Positions 8,246 through 17,501 of a DNA stretch of 40,316 nucleotides are shown in pieces; position 1 is the first letter of the stretch, and every line of letters begins with the position of its first letter. A program made the translations under genes and the position numbers. The DNA is from Flavobacteriales bacterium (GTDB lineage Bacteria; Bacteroidota; Bacteroidia; Flavobacteriales; BACL11): NCBI GenBank assembly GCA_018695965.1, contig JABHQB010000036.1, positions 1 to 40,316 of the forward strand, given 5' to 3'. The notes under the pieces were generated by a model. The model was given only the letters and a program-made list of their open reading frames with translations, made no database searches and was not told where the DNA came from.

Positions 8246-10908
8246 AAGATGATGAAAATAACATAGAAAAGCATGAAAATGTAATTCATGTTTCTGGTAT
8301 GTACAAAAACTGGTTCTTGGACTACGCATCTTATGTTATATTAGAGCGTTCGGTTCCATATATTCAGGATGGATTAAAACCAGTGCAAAGAAGAATATTA
8401 CATTCTTTAAAGCAATTAGATGATGGTAGGTATCATAAAGTAGCAAATGTTATTGGTCATACTATGAAATATCATCCCCATGGAGACGCTTCTATTGGTG
8501 ACGCAATGGTTCAGATTGGGAACAAAAACTTGCTTCTGGATATGCAAGGGAACTGGGGGAACACTGCAACTGGAGATAGAGCAGCTGCTCCAAGATATAT
8601 TGAAGTTCGTCTTACTAAATTTGCTCTGGATGTAGTTTTTAATAATAAAATTACAAATTGGATTTCTTCTTATGATGGTAGAGGAAAAGAACCTGTAACT
8701 CTACCTGTTAAATTTCCACTTTTATTAGCTCATGGAGTTGAGGGTATTGCTGTAGGACTCTCAACTAAGATTATGCCTCATAATTTTAAGGAGTTAATAG
8801 ATGCGTCTGTAAAAGTATTGAAAGGTAAGAGTCCAAGAATCTTACCTGATTTCGAATCAGGTGGAATGGCCGATTTTTCTGATTATAATGATGGAAAAAG
8901 AGGAGGTAAGGTTAGGGTAAGAGCAAAAATATCTCAGATAGATAAAAACACTTTACATATTACAGAAATTCCTTTTTCAACTACTACTACCTCTCTAATT
9001 AATTCCATATTAAAAGCAAATGATAAAGGAAAAATAAAAATTAAGAAGGTAGAAGATAATACTTCTGAGAATGTAGAAATTGCAATTGAATTGCCAACGG
9101 GAATCTCTCCAGATAAAACTATTGATGCTTTGTATAGTTTTACTGATTGCGAACTTTCTATCTCTCCTTTATCTTGTGTAATTGATAACGATACTCCGCA
9201 ATTTATTGGAGTTTCTGAAATGTTAAAGATTTCCACAAACCATACTCTTGAATTATTAAAACAAGAGTTAGAAATTAATTTACATGAATTACAAGAGAAG
9301 TGGCATTTTTCATCTTTAGAAAGAGTTTTTATTGAAAATAGAATTTATCATCAAATTGAGGAATTAGAACAGTGGGATTTGGTTATTTCTACTATCCATA
9401 AAGGATTAAAACCTCACATAAAACATCTTCTAAGAGAAATTACTGATGAAGATGTACTAAAACTTACAGAGATAAAAATTAAGAGAATCACCAAGTTTGA
9501 TTTAAATAAAGCTGAAGAAGAATTACTTAATTTAGAGGGTAAAATAAAAGAAGTGAAATATAATTTAGCAAATCTTATTGATTATGCGATAAATTATTTT
9601 AAAGAGCTAAAAACAAAATATGGTAAAGGAAAAGAAAGAAAAACTGAAATCAAAACTTTTGAAAATATAGTTGCTACAAAAGTTGTTGTGGCTAACAAGA
9701 AATTATATGTAAATAAGGAAGAAGGATTTGTCGGTACTTCTATGAGAAAAGACGAATATGTTTGTGACTGTTCTGATATTGATGATATTATTGCTTTTAA
9801 GAAGGATGGAACATTTATGGTTTCTAAGGTAGATTCTAAAGTGTTTATGGGAAAAAATATTATTCACTGTGCAGTTTTTAAAAAGAAGGATAATCGTACG
9901 GTTTATAATATGATTTATAAAGATGGAGGTAAAGGTGTTAATTATATAAAAAGATTCTCAGTTACTGGAGTTACCAGAAATAAAGATTATAGTTTATGTA
10001 AAACTGAAAAAGAAAGTAAGGTGCTGTATTTTACTTCTAACCCGAATGGAGAGGCAGAAGTTGTAACAGTACATTTAAGAGCGTTACAGAAATTAAAAAA
10101 ATTAAGATTTGATGCAGACTTTTCTGAGATTGTTATTAAAGGAAGATCTTCTGGTGGGAATATATTATCTAAAAACTCTATAAAGAAAGTTGAATTAAAA
10201 TCAGAAGGAGTTTCTACGTTATCTGCTCGTAAGATTTGGTTCGATTCCACCGTAAAACGATTAAATGTAGACGATAGAGGTGAACTACTTGGAGAGTTTC
10301 AGGCGGATGATAAACTACTTACTATAAATCAGAAAGGAGAGATACAAGTAATAGGAGCAGAATTATCTACCCATTTTGATGAAGATATGATTGTTTTGGA
10401 GAAATTAAACCTTAAAAAACCAATATCTATAATTTATTTTGATGGAAATAAGCAATCTCATTTTGTAAAACGATTTGTTACAGAAGATATTCCTGAAGGA
10501 AAATATTCATTTATTGGAGAACATAAGGGGTCTATATTAGAAGTTGTTTCTACAGATTGGAGACCAATAGCAGAAGTTGTTTTTGTAAAACAAAAAGGAA
10601 AAGATAGAAAGAAAGAAAAGATAAATCTGGAAGAATTTATTTCTATCAAAGGATGGAAGTCACTTGGAAATAAATTGTCTAATAAAAAAGTAAAAGAAAT
10701 AAAATGGTTGGATTCTCTTCCGTATGAAGAGGTTTCTGAATCTAATGATACAATACCTATAAAAGATGAACATAATGAACCATTAATTATTAAAGATGTA
10801 GAAGTGGGGGAAATTACTCAAACTGAGGAGAAAGAAAGAACAGACAATTCATCTGAGAACCCAAATGTATCTGATGAAGGAGCTCAACAAATTACTCTTG
10901 ATTTTTAA
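8230..10908 (+). CDS. parC: DNA topoisomerase IV subunit A
   Basis: DGLKPVQRRILH, MKYHPHGDASI, catalytic-Tyr block AAPRYIEVRLT. I see no GyrA box (QRRGGKG). It is adjacent to parE. It has an acidic low-complexity C-terminal tail. Confidence 0.85.
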   Translation: MSDELEDDENNIEKHENVIHVSGMYKNWFLDYASYVILERSVPYIQDGLKPVQRRILHSLKQLDDGRYHKVANVIGHTMKYHPHGDASIGDAMVQIGNKNLLLDMQGNWGNTATGDRAAAPRYIEVRLTKFALDVVFNNKITNWISSYDGRGKEPVTLPVKFPLLLAHGVEGIAVGLSTKIMPHNFKELIDASVKVLKGKSPRILPDFESGGMADFSDYNDGKRGGKVRVRAKISQIDKNTLHITEIPFSTTTTSLINSILKANDKGKIKIKKVEDNTSENVEIAIELPTGISPDKTIDALYSFTDCELSISPLSCVIDNDTPQFIGVSEMLKISTNHTLELLKQELEINLHELQEKWHFSSLERVFIENRIYHQIEELEQWDLVISTIHKGLKPHIKHLLREITDEDVLKLTEIKIKRITKFDLNKAEEELLNLEGKIKEVKYNLANLIDYAINYFKELKTKYGKGKERKTEIKTFENIVATKVVVANKKLYVNKEEGFVGTSMRKDEYVCDCSDIDDIIAFKKDGTFMVSKVDSKVFMGKNIIHCAVFKKKDNRTVYNMIYKDGGKGVNYIKRFSVTGVTRNKDYSLCKTEKESKVLYFTSNPNGEAEVVTVHLRALQKLKKLRFDADFSEIVIKGRSSGGNILSKNSIKKVELKSEGVSTLSARKIWFDSTVKRLNVDDRGELLGEFQADDKLLTINQKGEIQVIGAELSTHFDEDMIVLEKLNLKKPISIIYFDGNKQSHFVKRFVTEDIPEGKYSFIGEHKGSILEVVSTDWRPIAEVVFVKQKGKDRKKEKINLEEFISIKGWKSLGNKLSNKKVKEIKWLDSLPYEEVSESNDTIPIKDEHNEPLIIKDVEVGEITQTEEKERTDNSSENPNVSDEGAQQITLDF

Positions 10909-10944
10909 TGGAACAAAATTTCATTTATTCTGTATATATTTATG

Positions 10945-10952
10945 TACTTTTG
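10945..10952 (+). promoter_or_regulatory. -7 promoter box (TACTTTTG) upstream of the LVIVD-protein gene
   Basis: Perfect TAnnTTTG, 20 nt upstream of the ATG at 10973. Confidence 0.45.
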
Positions 10953-10972
10953 TAATCTCTTAAAATTAAGTT

Positions 10973-12934
10973 ATGATAAAAAGAATATTAGTTTTACTAA
11001 TCTGTTTCCCGTTTTTTTCAAACTCACAAAGTAGTTATAACCTTACTTTGGTTGGTTCTTATAATTGGGATGGAGAGATTTACGATAGTGAAGGTTCAGA
11101 TATTTGGGGTTGGAAAAACCCAACAACTGGAATAGAATATGCTTTAGTTGGACTGAATCTAGGATTCTCTGTAATCGATTTATCTTCTCCTCAGAACCCT
11201 ACGGAAGCGTTCTTTATTCCAGGAGTTAATTCTACTTGGAGAGACATTAAAACATGGGGGAATCATGCATATATTACTACAGAAGGTGGTGGAGGGTTAC
11301 TTATTGTTGATTTAACTGATCTAACTGGGCAAACTTATACTTATTATACCAATAGTTTCGATGCGGCTCATAACATCTATATCGACGAGAATGGCGTAGC
11401 TTATATATTTGGTGCGGATGTTGGTAATGGAGGAGCTATATTTTTAGATGTTGCAACAGATCCTATGAATCCTGCATATTTAGGAGAGTGGGATGATTAC
11501 TATATACATGATGGTATGGCTAGAGGAGATACTATGTGGGCTGGATGTATTTATGAAGGAGAATTTTATGCTGTGGATGTTTCTGATAAAACAAATCCAC
11601 AAACATTAGGGCATCACCCAACTCCAAATCAATTTACACATAACGCTTGGATTTCAGATGATGGTGATTTTCTCTTTACTACAGATGAACAATCAGATTC
11701 TTATATTGGATCCTATAATGTTGAAGACATGAACAACATTCAGGAGGTTGATAGAATACAGTCTAATCCTGGTTCGAATTCTATACCTCATAATACACAT
11801 GTTGATGGTAATTTCTTAGTAACTTCCTGGTATAGAGATGGAACAATAGTTCACGATGCAACATATCCTAATAATTTGATTCAGGTAGCGTATTACGACT
11901 CCTATTCTGGTAGTGGTGATGGTTTTGATGGATGTTGGGGGACATATCCATTTCTTCCATCTGGTCTCATAATCTCTACTGATATTAATTCTGCTTCTAA
12001 TGGTAATGGAAGATTACTTGTTTTTGAGAGAGGATTTAGTCAAGGATGTTATTTGCAAGGTGTTGTTACTGATGTTACTTCTGGTCAAAATATTAGTGGA
12101 GCTAATATAGTTATCTTAAATACATCAATTTCAAATAACTCTACTACCGATTTATCTGGTAATTATACTAGTGGAAATGCTGATGATGGCGTTTTTGATG
12201 TTGTTTTTTCAAAGATAGGATATATTTCTGATACGTTGCAAGCTAATTTAGTAAGCGGACAAATAACATTATTAGACGCTAGTTTACTTATTGATAATAG
12301 CATTTCTATTTTAGGGTGTATGAATCCTTCTGCAAATAATTTCAATCCTTCTGCAAATACTTCATTAGAATTTGGAGGTGAGGCTAACAACACTTTCTCA
12401 AGTGGTGGTTATTTTATGGGCGATCAACATTTGATTTTTGATGCTACCACTGATTTAATAATTAAGTCAGCTGTTTTTTATGCTGACTTTGCAAATAGCA
12501 TAACATTTGAGTTAAGAAACAGTAATGGATCTGTTATTGATGATACTACTCATTTTCTTACTGCAGGTCAACAACAATTAGAGTTGAACTTTGATGTTCC
12601 AATTGGTAATGATATGGAATTAGGAATATCTTCTGATTATTCGGGTTTATACAGAAATGATGCTGGAGCTACTTATCCTTATAATATTGGAACAATTATG
12701 AATATAACAGGATCTAGCGCATCAGGATCTACAGGTTATTATTATTTCTATTATAATATTGAGGTAGAGGTTCCATGTGTTAATACTACTACGAATGTAA
12801 CTGGGACTCCATTGAATAAGAATCTTGTAAAAATAGTAGATATATTAGGTAGAGAAGTCAACTCTTCTCAGGATATTATTTTATTCTATATTTATGATGA
12901 TGGAAGTGTACAGAAGCGAGTAATAGTTGAGTAA
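10973..12934 (+). CDS. Secreted choice-of-anchor-B / LVIVD-repeat beta-propeller protein with a CarboxypepD_reg-like domain, a shared unknown module and a compact C-terminal tag
   Basis: Signal peptide ending FSNSQ. DIWGWKNPTTGIEYALVG...STWRDIKTWGNHAYITTEGGGGLLIVDLTDL (LVIVD motif). GVVTDVTSGQNISGANIVIL (carboxypeptidase-regulatory-like). C-terminal tag NKNLVKIVDILGREV...LFYIYDDGSVQKRVIVE. Confidence 0.7.
   Translation: MIKRILVLLICFPFFSNSQSSYNLTLVGSYNWDGEIYDSEGSDIWGWKNPTTGIEYALVGLNLGFSVIDLSSPQNPTEAFFIPGVNSTWRDIKTWGNHAYITTEGGGGLLIVDLTDLTGQTYTYYTNSFDAAHNIYIDENGVAYIFGADVGNGGAIFLDVATDPMNPAYLGEWDDYYIHDGMARGDTMWAGCIYEGEFYAVDVSDKTNPQTLGHHPTPNQFTHNAWISDDGDFLFTTDEQSDSYIGSYNVEDMNNIQEVDRIQSNPGSNSIPHNTHVDGNFLVTSWYRDGTIVHDATYPNNLIQVAYYDSYSGSGDGFDGCWGTYPFLPSGLIISTDINSASNGNGRLLVFERGFSQGCYLQGVVTDVTSGQNISGANIVILNTSISNNSTTDLSGNYTSGNADDGVFDVVFSKIGYISDTLQANLVSGQITLLDASLLIDNSISILGCMNPSANNFNPSANTSLEFGGEANNTFSSGGYFMGDQHLIFDATTDLIIKSAVFYADFANSITFELRNSNGSVIDDTTHFLTAGQQQLELNFDVPIGNDMELGISSDYSGLYRNDAGATYPYNIGTIMNITGSSASGSTGYYYFYYNIEVEVPCVNTTTNVTGTPLNKNLVKIVDILGREVNSSQDIILFYIYDDGSVQKRVIVE
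12815..12934 (+). other. Compact C-terminal tag, copy 1 (39 aa)
   Basis: NKNLVKIVDILGREVNSSQDIILFYIYDDGSVQKRVIVE followed by stop. Confidence 0.7.
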
Positions 12935-14070
12935 TGAAAAAAATATTCTGTATTGTTGCGCTTACTCCAATATTTGTTTTTTCACAACAAACTAAAGAAG
13001 TCCTATTTTTAGGAAATTCCTATACTTATGTAAACGATTTACCAGATATGGTAAAACAAATTGCTATTTCTTTTGGAGATACCTTAAATTATGATCAAAA
13101 TACTCCAGGAGGAGCTACTTTACAGATGCATTCTACTAATACACAAACATTAAGTAAAATATCCCAACAACAATGGGATAATGTTATTATTCAATGTCAG
13201 AGTCAGGAGCCATCTTTTTCTCCTTCACAAGTAAGTAATGATGTGTTTCCTTATGCACAAATATTAATCGATTCCATTGAGTCAAATAATATTTGTACAG
13301 AGCCAATATTTTTCATGACTTGGGGTAGAAAGTATGGAGATCAGCAAAACTGTCAGTTTTATCCTCCTATTTGTACCTATGTAGGTATGCAACAAAGGTT
13401 AAGAGAATCGTATTTAGACATGACATTTAATCATAATGCTACTTGTTCACCTGTAGGTATGTCTTGGAAAGAATCTATTGCTCAGGATAGTACTTTAAAT
13501 TTATATTCTTCAGATGATAGTCACCCTAGCATATATGGTAGTTATTTGGCTGCATGTACTTTTTATGCTACAATATTTAAAAATAGTCCAATCGGATCTA
13601 CTTATATGCCAATCGGAATAGGCCATGCTACAGCAGTTTCTTTACAAACTATCGCTTCTAATACTGTTTTAGATAGCTTATCTAATTGGAACATATTTAA
13701 TGCTGATTTTACTTTTAATGTTAATAATGATACGGCTACTTTTAATAATCTGAGTTCTAATTTTGAAAGTGTTTTGTGGGATTTTGGAGACGGAATAACT
13801 TCCATTGATGAAAACCCCCTTCATATTTATGCTAATTCTGGTAATTATACAGTGTTATTAACTGCTTCCACAAATTCAAATTGTAATCAAGATACTATTA
13901 CACACACTCTAACTATTAATATTCCTACAAATATTAATAGTGTAGAAGAAAATAAAAATCTCCTGAGAATAACGGATGTCTTAGGAAGAAAAACCTCCTT
14001 TAAAAAGAATAAAATCCTTTTTTATCTATTTGATAATGGGGAAGTGGAACAGAAAATTGTTGCTGAATAA
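12934..14070 (+). CDS. Secreted SGNH/GDSL-like esterase-fold protein with a PKD domain and a compact C-terminal tag
   Basis: Signal peptide ending VFSQQ. Block-I-like FLGNSYT and block-V-like SDDSHPS (DxxH). PKD signature WDFGDGITS...NPLHIYANSGNYTVLLTA. The start overlaps the upstream stop by 1 nt (TAATG). Confidence 0.55.
   Translation: MKKIFCIVALTPIFVFSQQTKEVLFLGNSYTYVNDLPDMVKQIAISFGDTLNYDQNTPGGATLQMHSTNTQTLSKISQQQWDNVIIQCQSQEPSFSPSQVSNDVFPYAQILIDSIESNNICTEPIFFMTWGRKYGDQQNCQFYPPICTYVGMQQRLRESYLDMTFNHNATCSPVGMSWKESIAQDSTLNLYSSDDSHPSIYGSYLAACTFYATIFKNSPIGSTYMPIGIGHATAVSLQTIASNTVLDSLSNWNIFNADFTFNVNNDTATFNNLSSNFESVLWDFGDGITSIDENPLHIYANSGNYTVLLTASTNSNCNQDTITHTLTINIPTNINSVEENKNLLRITDVLGRKTSFKKNKILFYLFDNGEVEQKIVAE
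13951..14070 (+). other. Compact C-terminal tag, copy 2 (39 aa)
   Basis: NKNLLRITDVLGRKTSFKKNKILFYLFDNGEVEQKIVAE followed by stop. It begins only 11 aa after the end of the PKD domain. Confidence 0.7.
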
Positions 14071-14091
14071 GATTTACCTTAATCTTATTCC

Positions 14092-14099
14092 TACTTTTG
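14092..14099 (+). promoter_or_regulatory. -7 promoter box (TACTTTTG) upstream of the helicase gene
   Basis: Perfect TAnnTTTG, 18 nt upstream of the ATG at 14118. Confidence 0.45.
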
Positions 14100-14117
14100 C
14101 ATTAATTATAATTTTCT

Positions 14118-15461
14118 ATGAGTCATTTTTCTGATATTAACTTAAATAAGCAATTACAAAATGCGGTTTCTGATTTGGAGCTTACAAAACAAACTCCAAT
14201 TCAGGAAAAGACTTTTTCTGAAATACTTAGTGGAACGGATATAGTTGGAATAGCACAAACAGGTACTGGTAAAACAATTGCGTATTGTTTGCCTCTTTTG
14301 CAAGAATTAAGTTATTCAGATCAAAAGAATCCTAGAATTTTAATCTTAGTTCCTACCAGAGAATTAGTAGTTCAGGTAGTAGAAACTATGGAAAGTTTAA
14401 CTGAATATATTAGTTGTAGAATAGTAGGTGTATATGGAGGTACAAACATAAATACTCAGAAAATAAAATTGCAAGATGGAGCAGATGTTGTGGTTGCAAC
14501 CCCAGGAAGATTATACGATTTAGCACTCTGCAGAGCTTTACAACTTAAGGGAATAAAGAAATTAGTGATTGATGAGGTAGATGTAATGTTAGATTTAGGT
14601 TTTCGTTTTCAACTTATAAATATATTTGAACTTCTTCCAGAAAGAAGACAAAATATAATGTTTTCAGCTACTATGACGGAAGAAGTTGATGAACTAATTT
14701 CTTCTTTTTTTAGTAGATCAAAAAGAGTTCAAATAGCACTAAGTGGCACTCCTCTTGACAATATTTCTCAGATAAAATATTCAGTACCTAACTATTATAC
14801 AAAAGTAAATTTATTAGTCCATATTTTAAGGAATAAGGAAGAATTGAAAAAGGTTTTAGTTTTCGTGTCATCCAAAAAAATTGCTGACCGATTATTTGAA
14901 GATTTAGAAGAATTTTTTATTTCAGATATTGCGGTTATTCATTCTAATAAAAGTCAGAATTACAGGTTTAAATCTATTAAAAAGTATGATGAGGGAACTT
15001 GCAGAATACTAATAGCAACTGATATAATTGCTAGAGGTATGGATTTAGATAAAATTTCTCATGTTATAAATTTTGATACTCCAATTTATCCTGAGAACTA
15101 TATGCATCGAATCGGTAGAACGGGACGAGCAGAAGAAAAAGGAAAATCACTTTTGTTTTATACTGATAAAGAGGAGAAATACAAAGAATTTATTGAAGAT
15201 TTAATGAATTATAAGATTCCAGTTTCAGAAATACCAGAAGAAGTAGAAATAACTCAACAATTAACCGAAGAAGAGCGTAAATCAAATGGAAAGAATTTTT
15301 ACAGGAATGTGAAAAAAGTAGAGGTCGGACCTTCTTTTCATGAAAAGAAAGAAAAGAATAAGAAAATAAATGATAGAGATAAGTGGAAGAAAGAGAGAAG
15401 AGTAAAATACAAGAAACCAAAAAGCAGAGGAGATAAAGGAGTAAACAGAAGAAGAAAATAA
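14118..15461 (+). CDS. DEAD/DExD-box ATP-dependent RNA helicase (RhlE-like) with a Lys/Arg-rich tail
   Basis: Q motif TPIQEK, motif I AQTGTGKT, Ia PTRELV, motif II VIDEVD (DEVD variant of DEAD), III SAT, VI HRIGRTGR. Basic C-terminal tail KKEKNKKINDRDKWKKERRVKYKKPKSRGDKGVNRRRK. Confidence 0.9.
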   Translation: MSHFSDINLNKQLQNAVSDLELTKQTPIQEKTFSEILSGTDIVGIAQTGTGKTIAYCLPLLQELSYSDQKNPRILILVPTRELVVQVVETMESLTEYISCRIVGVYGGTNINTQKIKLQDGADVVVATPGRLYDLALCRALQLKGIKKLVIDEVDVMLDLGFRFQLINIFELLPERRQNIMFSATMTEEVDELISSFFSRSKRVQIALSGTPLDNISQIKYSVPNYYTKVNLLVHILRNKEELKKVLVFVSSKKIADRLFEDLEEFFISDIAVIHSNKSQNYRFKSIKKYDEGTCRILIATDIIARGMDLDKISHVINFDTPIYPENYMHRIGRTGRAEEKGKSLLFYTDKEEKYKEFIEDLMNYKIPVSEIPEEVEITQQLTEEERKSNGKNFYRNVKKVEVGPSFHEKKEKNKKINDRDKWKKERRVKYKKPKSRGDKGVNRRRK

Positions 15462-15488
15462 TTTACTACCTTTAGCAAAAATGCAACT

Positions 15489-16814
15489 ATGAAACGAATC
15501 TTATTTATTTTTACTACACTACTTTCTACGCTTTCATTTTCGCAAATTATATTCAGCCCTGAAGTTGAAATTTCAAATCATTTTACTGGTTACGGAAGAC
15601 CAAGAATGGCTTTAATGGCAAACGACATGCCTATTATTATCTGGTTTAATGAGGTGTCTAATCAAACCATAAAGATTAGTAGACAAATTCCACAAGGTAT
15701 TTTTACTCCTCCTGTTGATATAGTTGGTTCTGATTTGGAACCTATTGGTTTTATAGGTCCGGAAATTGCGGCAAAAGGAGATACTGTTTATATTACTTTT
15801 ATTTGTGGGATAGCAAATAACTCTATCATGATTAAGAAATCTTTTGATGGAGGACTTACTTTTTCAGATACGATAAGGGTTTCTCCAAATGATAATAATT
15901 TTCAATATTACATGCCAAATATTGAGGTAAAAGATGATGGAAATCCTATTGTAAGTTACATGAAATGTACTCATAATGATACAGACTTTGAACAAATAGT
16001 AAATATTTCTATGGATTTTGGATCTACTTTTGATAATGAAGTAAATGCTTCAGAATTAGCTCCTGGAGAACCTTGTGACTGTTGTAAATCAACTATTGTT
16101 ACTAAGGGGAATAATGTTTATTTACTTTTCAGAAACAATGAAGTTAATGTAAGAAATACTTACATTTCAAAATCTACTGATGGTGGAATTTCATTTACTG
16201 CTACACAAGATTTAGACGATTTGAATTGGATTATTAATGCTTGCCCAACATCATCTCCAAATGGAGTGTTAAATGGTGATTCTATTTTAGTGGCAAGTAG
16301 AAGTGGAGCTACTGGAGTAAATCAAGTGTATTATTCAAATGTGAACTCAAATAATCTACAAAAGAATTATTATAGAACAATTGATGAGATAGGGTCGGGA
16401 TTGCAAGATCAGGTTGAGGTTGCTGGAGAGGGAAATATATTAGGAATTGTATGGCACGATAATAGAAATATGAATAATGCTTGTTATTTATCTTACACTA
16501 TAGATGGAACTAATAATATTGGAGGATCTATTGAAATGTCAAATTCTATGATAGGACACAAAAAATTTCCAGATATTGAATATTCTAATGGTAAGTTCTA
16601 TTTTGTTTACCAATATAACTCTGGGTATTCTATTGTCTATAAAGAGTTAGATTTATCTAATATCAACAATCTTAATCTTCCTACCACATCTTCTAATTCA
16701 ATAGTGATTAGTACTACTGATTTTCAAGGAAAGAGATGCAAACTACAAAAAAACATGCCATACCTCAATATTTATCAAGATGGTAGAGTTGAGAAGAGAG
16801 TAACAATAGAATAA
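15489..16814 (+). CDS. Secreted BNR/Asp-box (sialidase-like beta-propeller) protein with a divergent compact C-terminal tag
   Basis: Signal peptide ending LSFSQ. Three Asp-box-like motifs: SFDGGLTF, SMDFGSTF, STDGGISF. Confidence 0.6.
   Translation: MKRILFIFTTLLSTLSFSQIIFSPEVEISNHFTGYGRPRMALMANDMPIIIWFNEVSNQTIKISRQIPQGIFTPPVDIVGSDLEPIGFIGPEIAAKGDTVYITFICGIANNSIMIKKSFDGGLTFSDTIRVSPNDNNFQYYMPNIEVKDDGNPIVSYMKCTHNDTDFEQIVNISMDFGSTFDNEVNASELAPGEPCDCCKSTIVTKGNNVYLLFRNNEVNVRNTYISKSTDGGISFTATQDLDDLNWIINACPTSSPNGVLNGDSILVASRSGATGVNQVYYSNVNSNNLQKNYYRTIDEIGSGLQDQVEVAGEGNILGIVWHDNRNMNNACYLSYTIDGTNNIGGSIEMSNSMIGHKKFPDIEYSNGKFYFVYQYNSGYSIVYKELDLSNINNLNLPTTSSNSIVISTTDFQGKRCKLQKNMPYLNIYQDGRVEKRVTIE
16692..16814 (+). 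other. Compact C-terminal tag, copy 3 (most divergent, 40 aa)
   Basis: SNSIVISTTDFQGKRCKLQKNMPYLNIYQDGRVEKRVTIE followed by stop. Confidence 0.55.
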
Positions 16815-16833
16815 AGATTATTATTTTCTGTAT

Positions 16834-16953
16834 TTACTGTATGAATATTCTCTTTTCTCTACTTCCATCTGAGTAGATGTAAATTAAAGGAATATTTGGT
16901 TTTGGGTTTATTGCTCTTCCATGAATATCAATAACTCTAATTAGTTTTTTGTT
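16834..16953 (-). other. Compact C-terminal tag, copy 4 (39 aa)
   Basis: NKKLIRVIDIHGRAINPKPNIPLIYIYSDGSREKRIFIQ followed by stop. Confidence 0.65.
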
Positions 16954-17448
16954 ATTAGTAACTCCACTTATATTAGTGGGAAAACAATTGTTATTAAATG
17001 ATGTCCAACTGTCTACAGCAAAGTTATATTCACAATAAGCGACATCATCAACATCAATACAAGTTAAACTAGGGTTGTTGATTGACATAAAATACCACAA
17101 TCCACTATTGTTTCCGTTTCTTAAATCTATAGATGTAAGGTTGTTGTTGGAACAAGTTACTTCGAAAAGTTGTGTATTGTTTACTAGGTTTAATGTGGTT
17201 AAATTATTGTCGTAACAAAATAAAGATTGTAGAGCAATAAAACTTTCAACTCCTGTCAAGTCAGAGATGTTATTATTATTAATCATAAGTTCTGTTACTG
17301 TATCAATAGCAGAGGTTTCAACAAAACCGTCAATCAGAAAGTCATAACCAGAGTTTATTAGAGCCTGTTCAAAATTTACATCTGGTATAGACGTATATTG
17401 ACTGAAAGAAGACAAGGGAATTAGTAATAGTAACAGTAATTTTTTCAT
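16834..17448 (-). CDS. Small secreted leucine-rich-repeat protein with a compact C-terminal tag
   Basis: Signal peptide MKKLLLLLLIPLSSFSQ. LRR units NNNISDLTGVESFIALQSLFCYDNNLTTLNLVNNTQLFEVTCSNNNLTSIDL. Confidence 0.6.
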   Translation of the reverse strand: MKKLLLLLLIPLSSFSQYTSIPDVNFEQALINSGYDFLIDGFVETSAIDTVTELMINNNNISDLTGVESFIALQSLFCYDNNLTTLNLVNNTQLFEVTCSNNNLTSIDLRNGNNSGLWYFMSINNPSLTCIDVDDVAYCEYNFAVDSWTSFNNNCFPTNISGVTNNKKLIRVIDIHGRAINPKPNIPLIYIYSDGSREKRIFIQ

Positions 17449-17501
17449 AGTTGATTGGTTTTATCTTTTAAACGGAAATTATTGTTTCAATTTCTACAAA
17501 A

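Noticed and set aside
14069-14086. AAGATT-N6-AATCTT hairpin after the SGNH/PKD gene as a terminator.
   Set aside because: It has only a 6-bp all-weak stem and no T-run. It sits immediately before the helicase promoter box. That is too weak to call.
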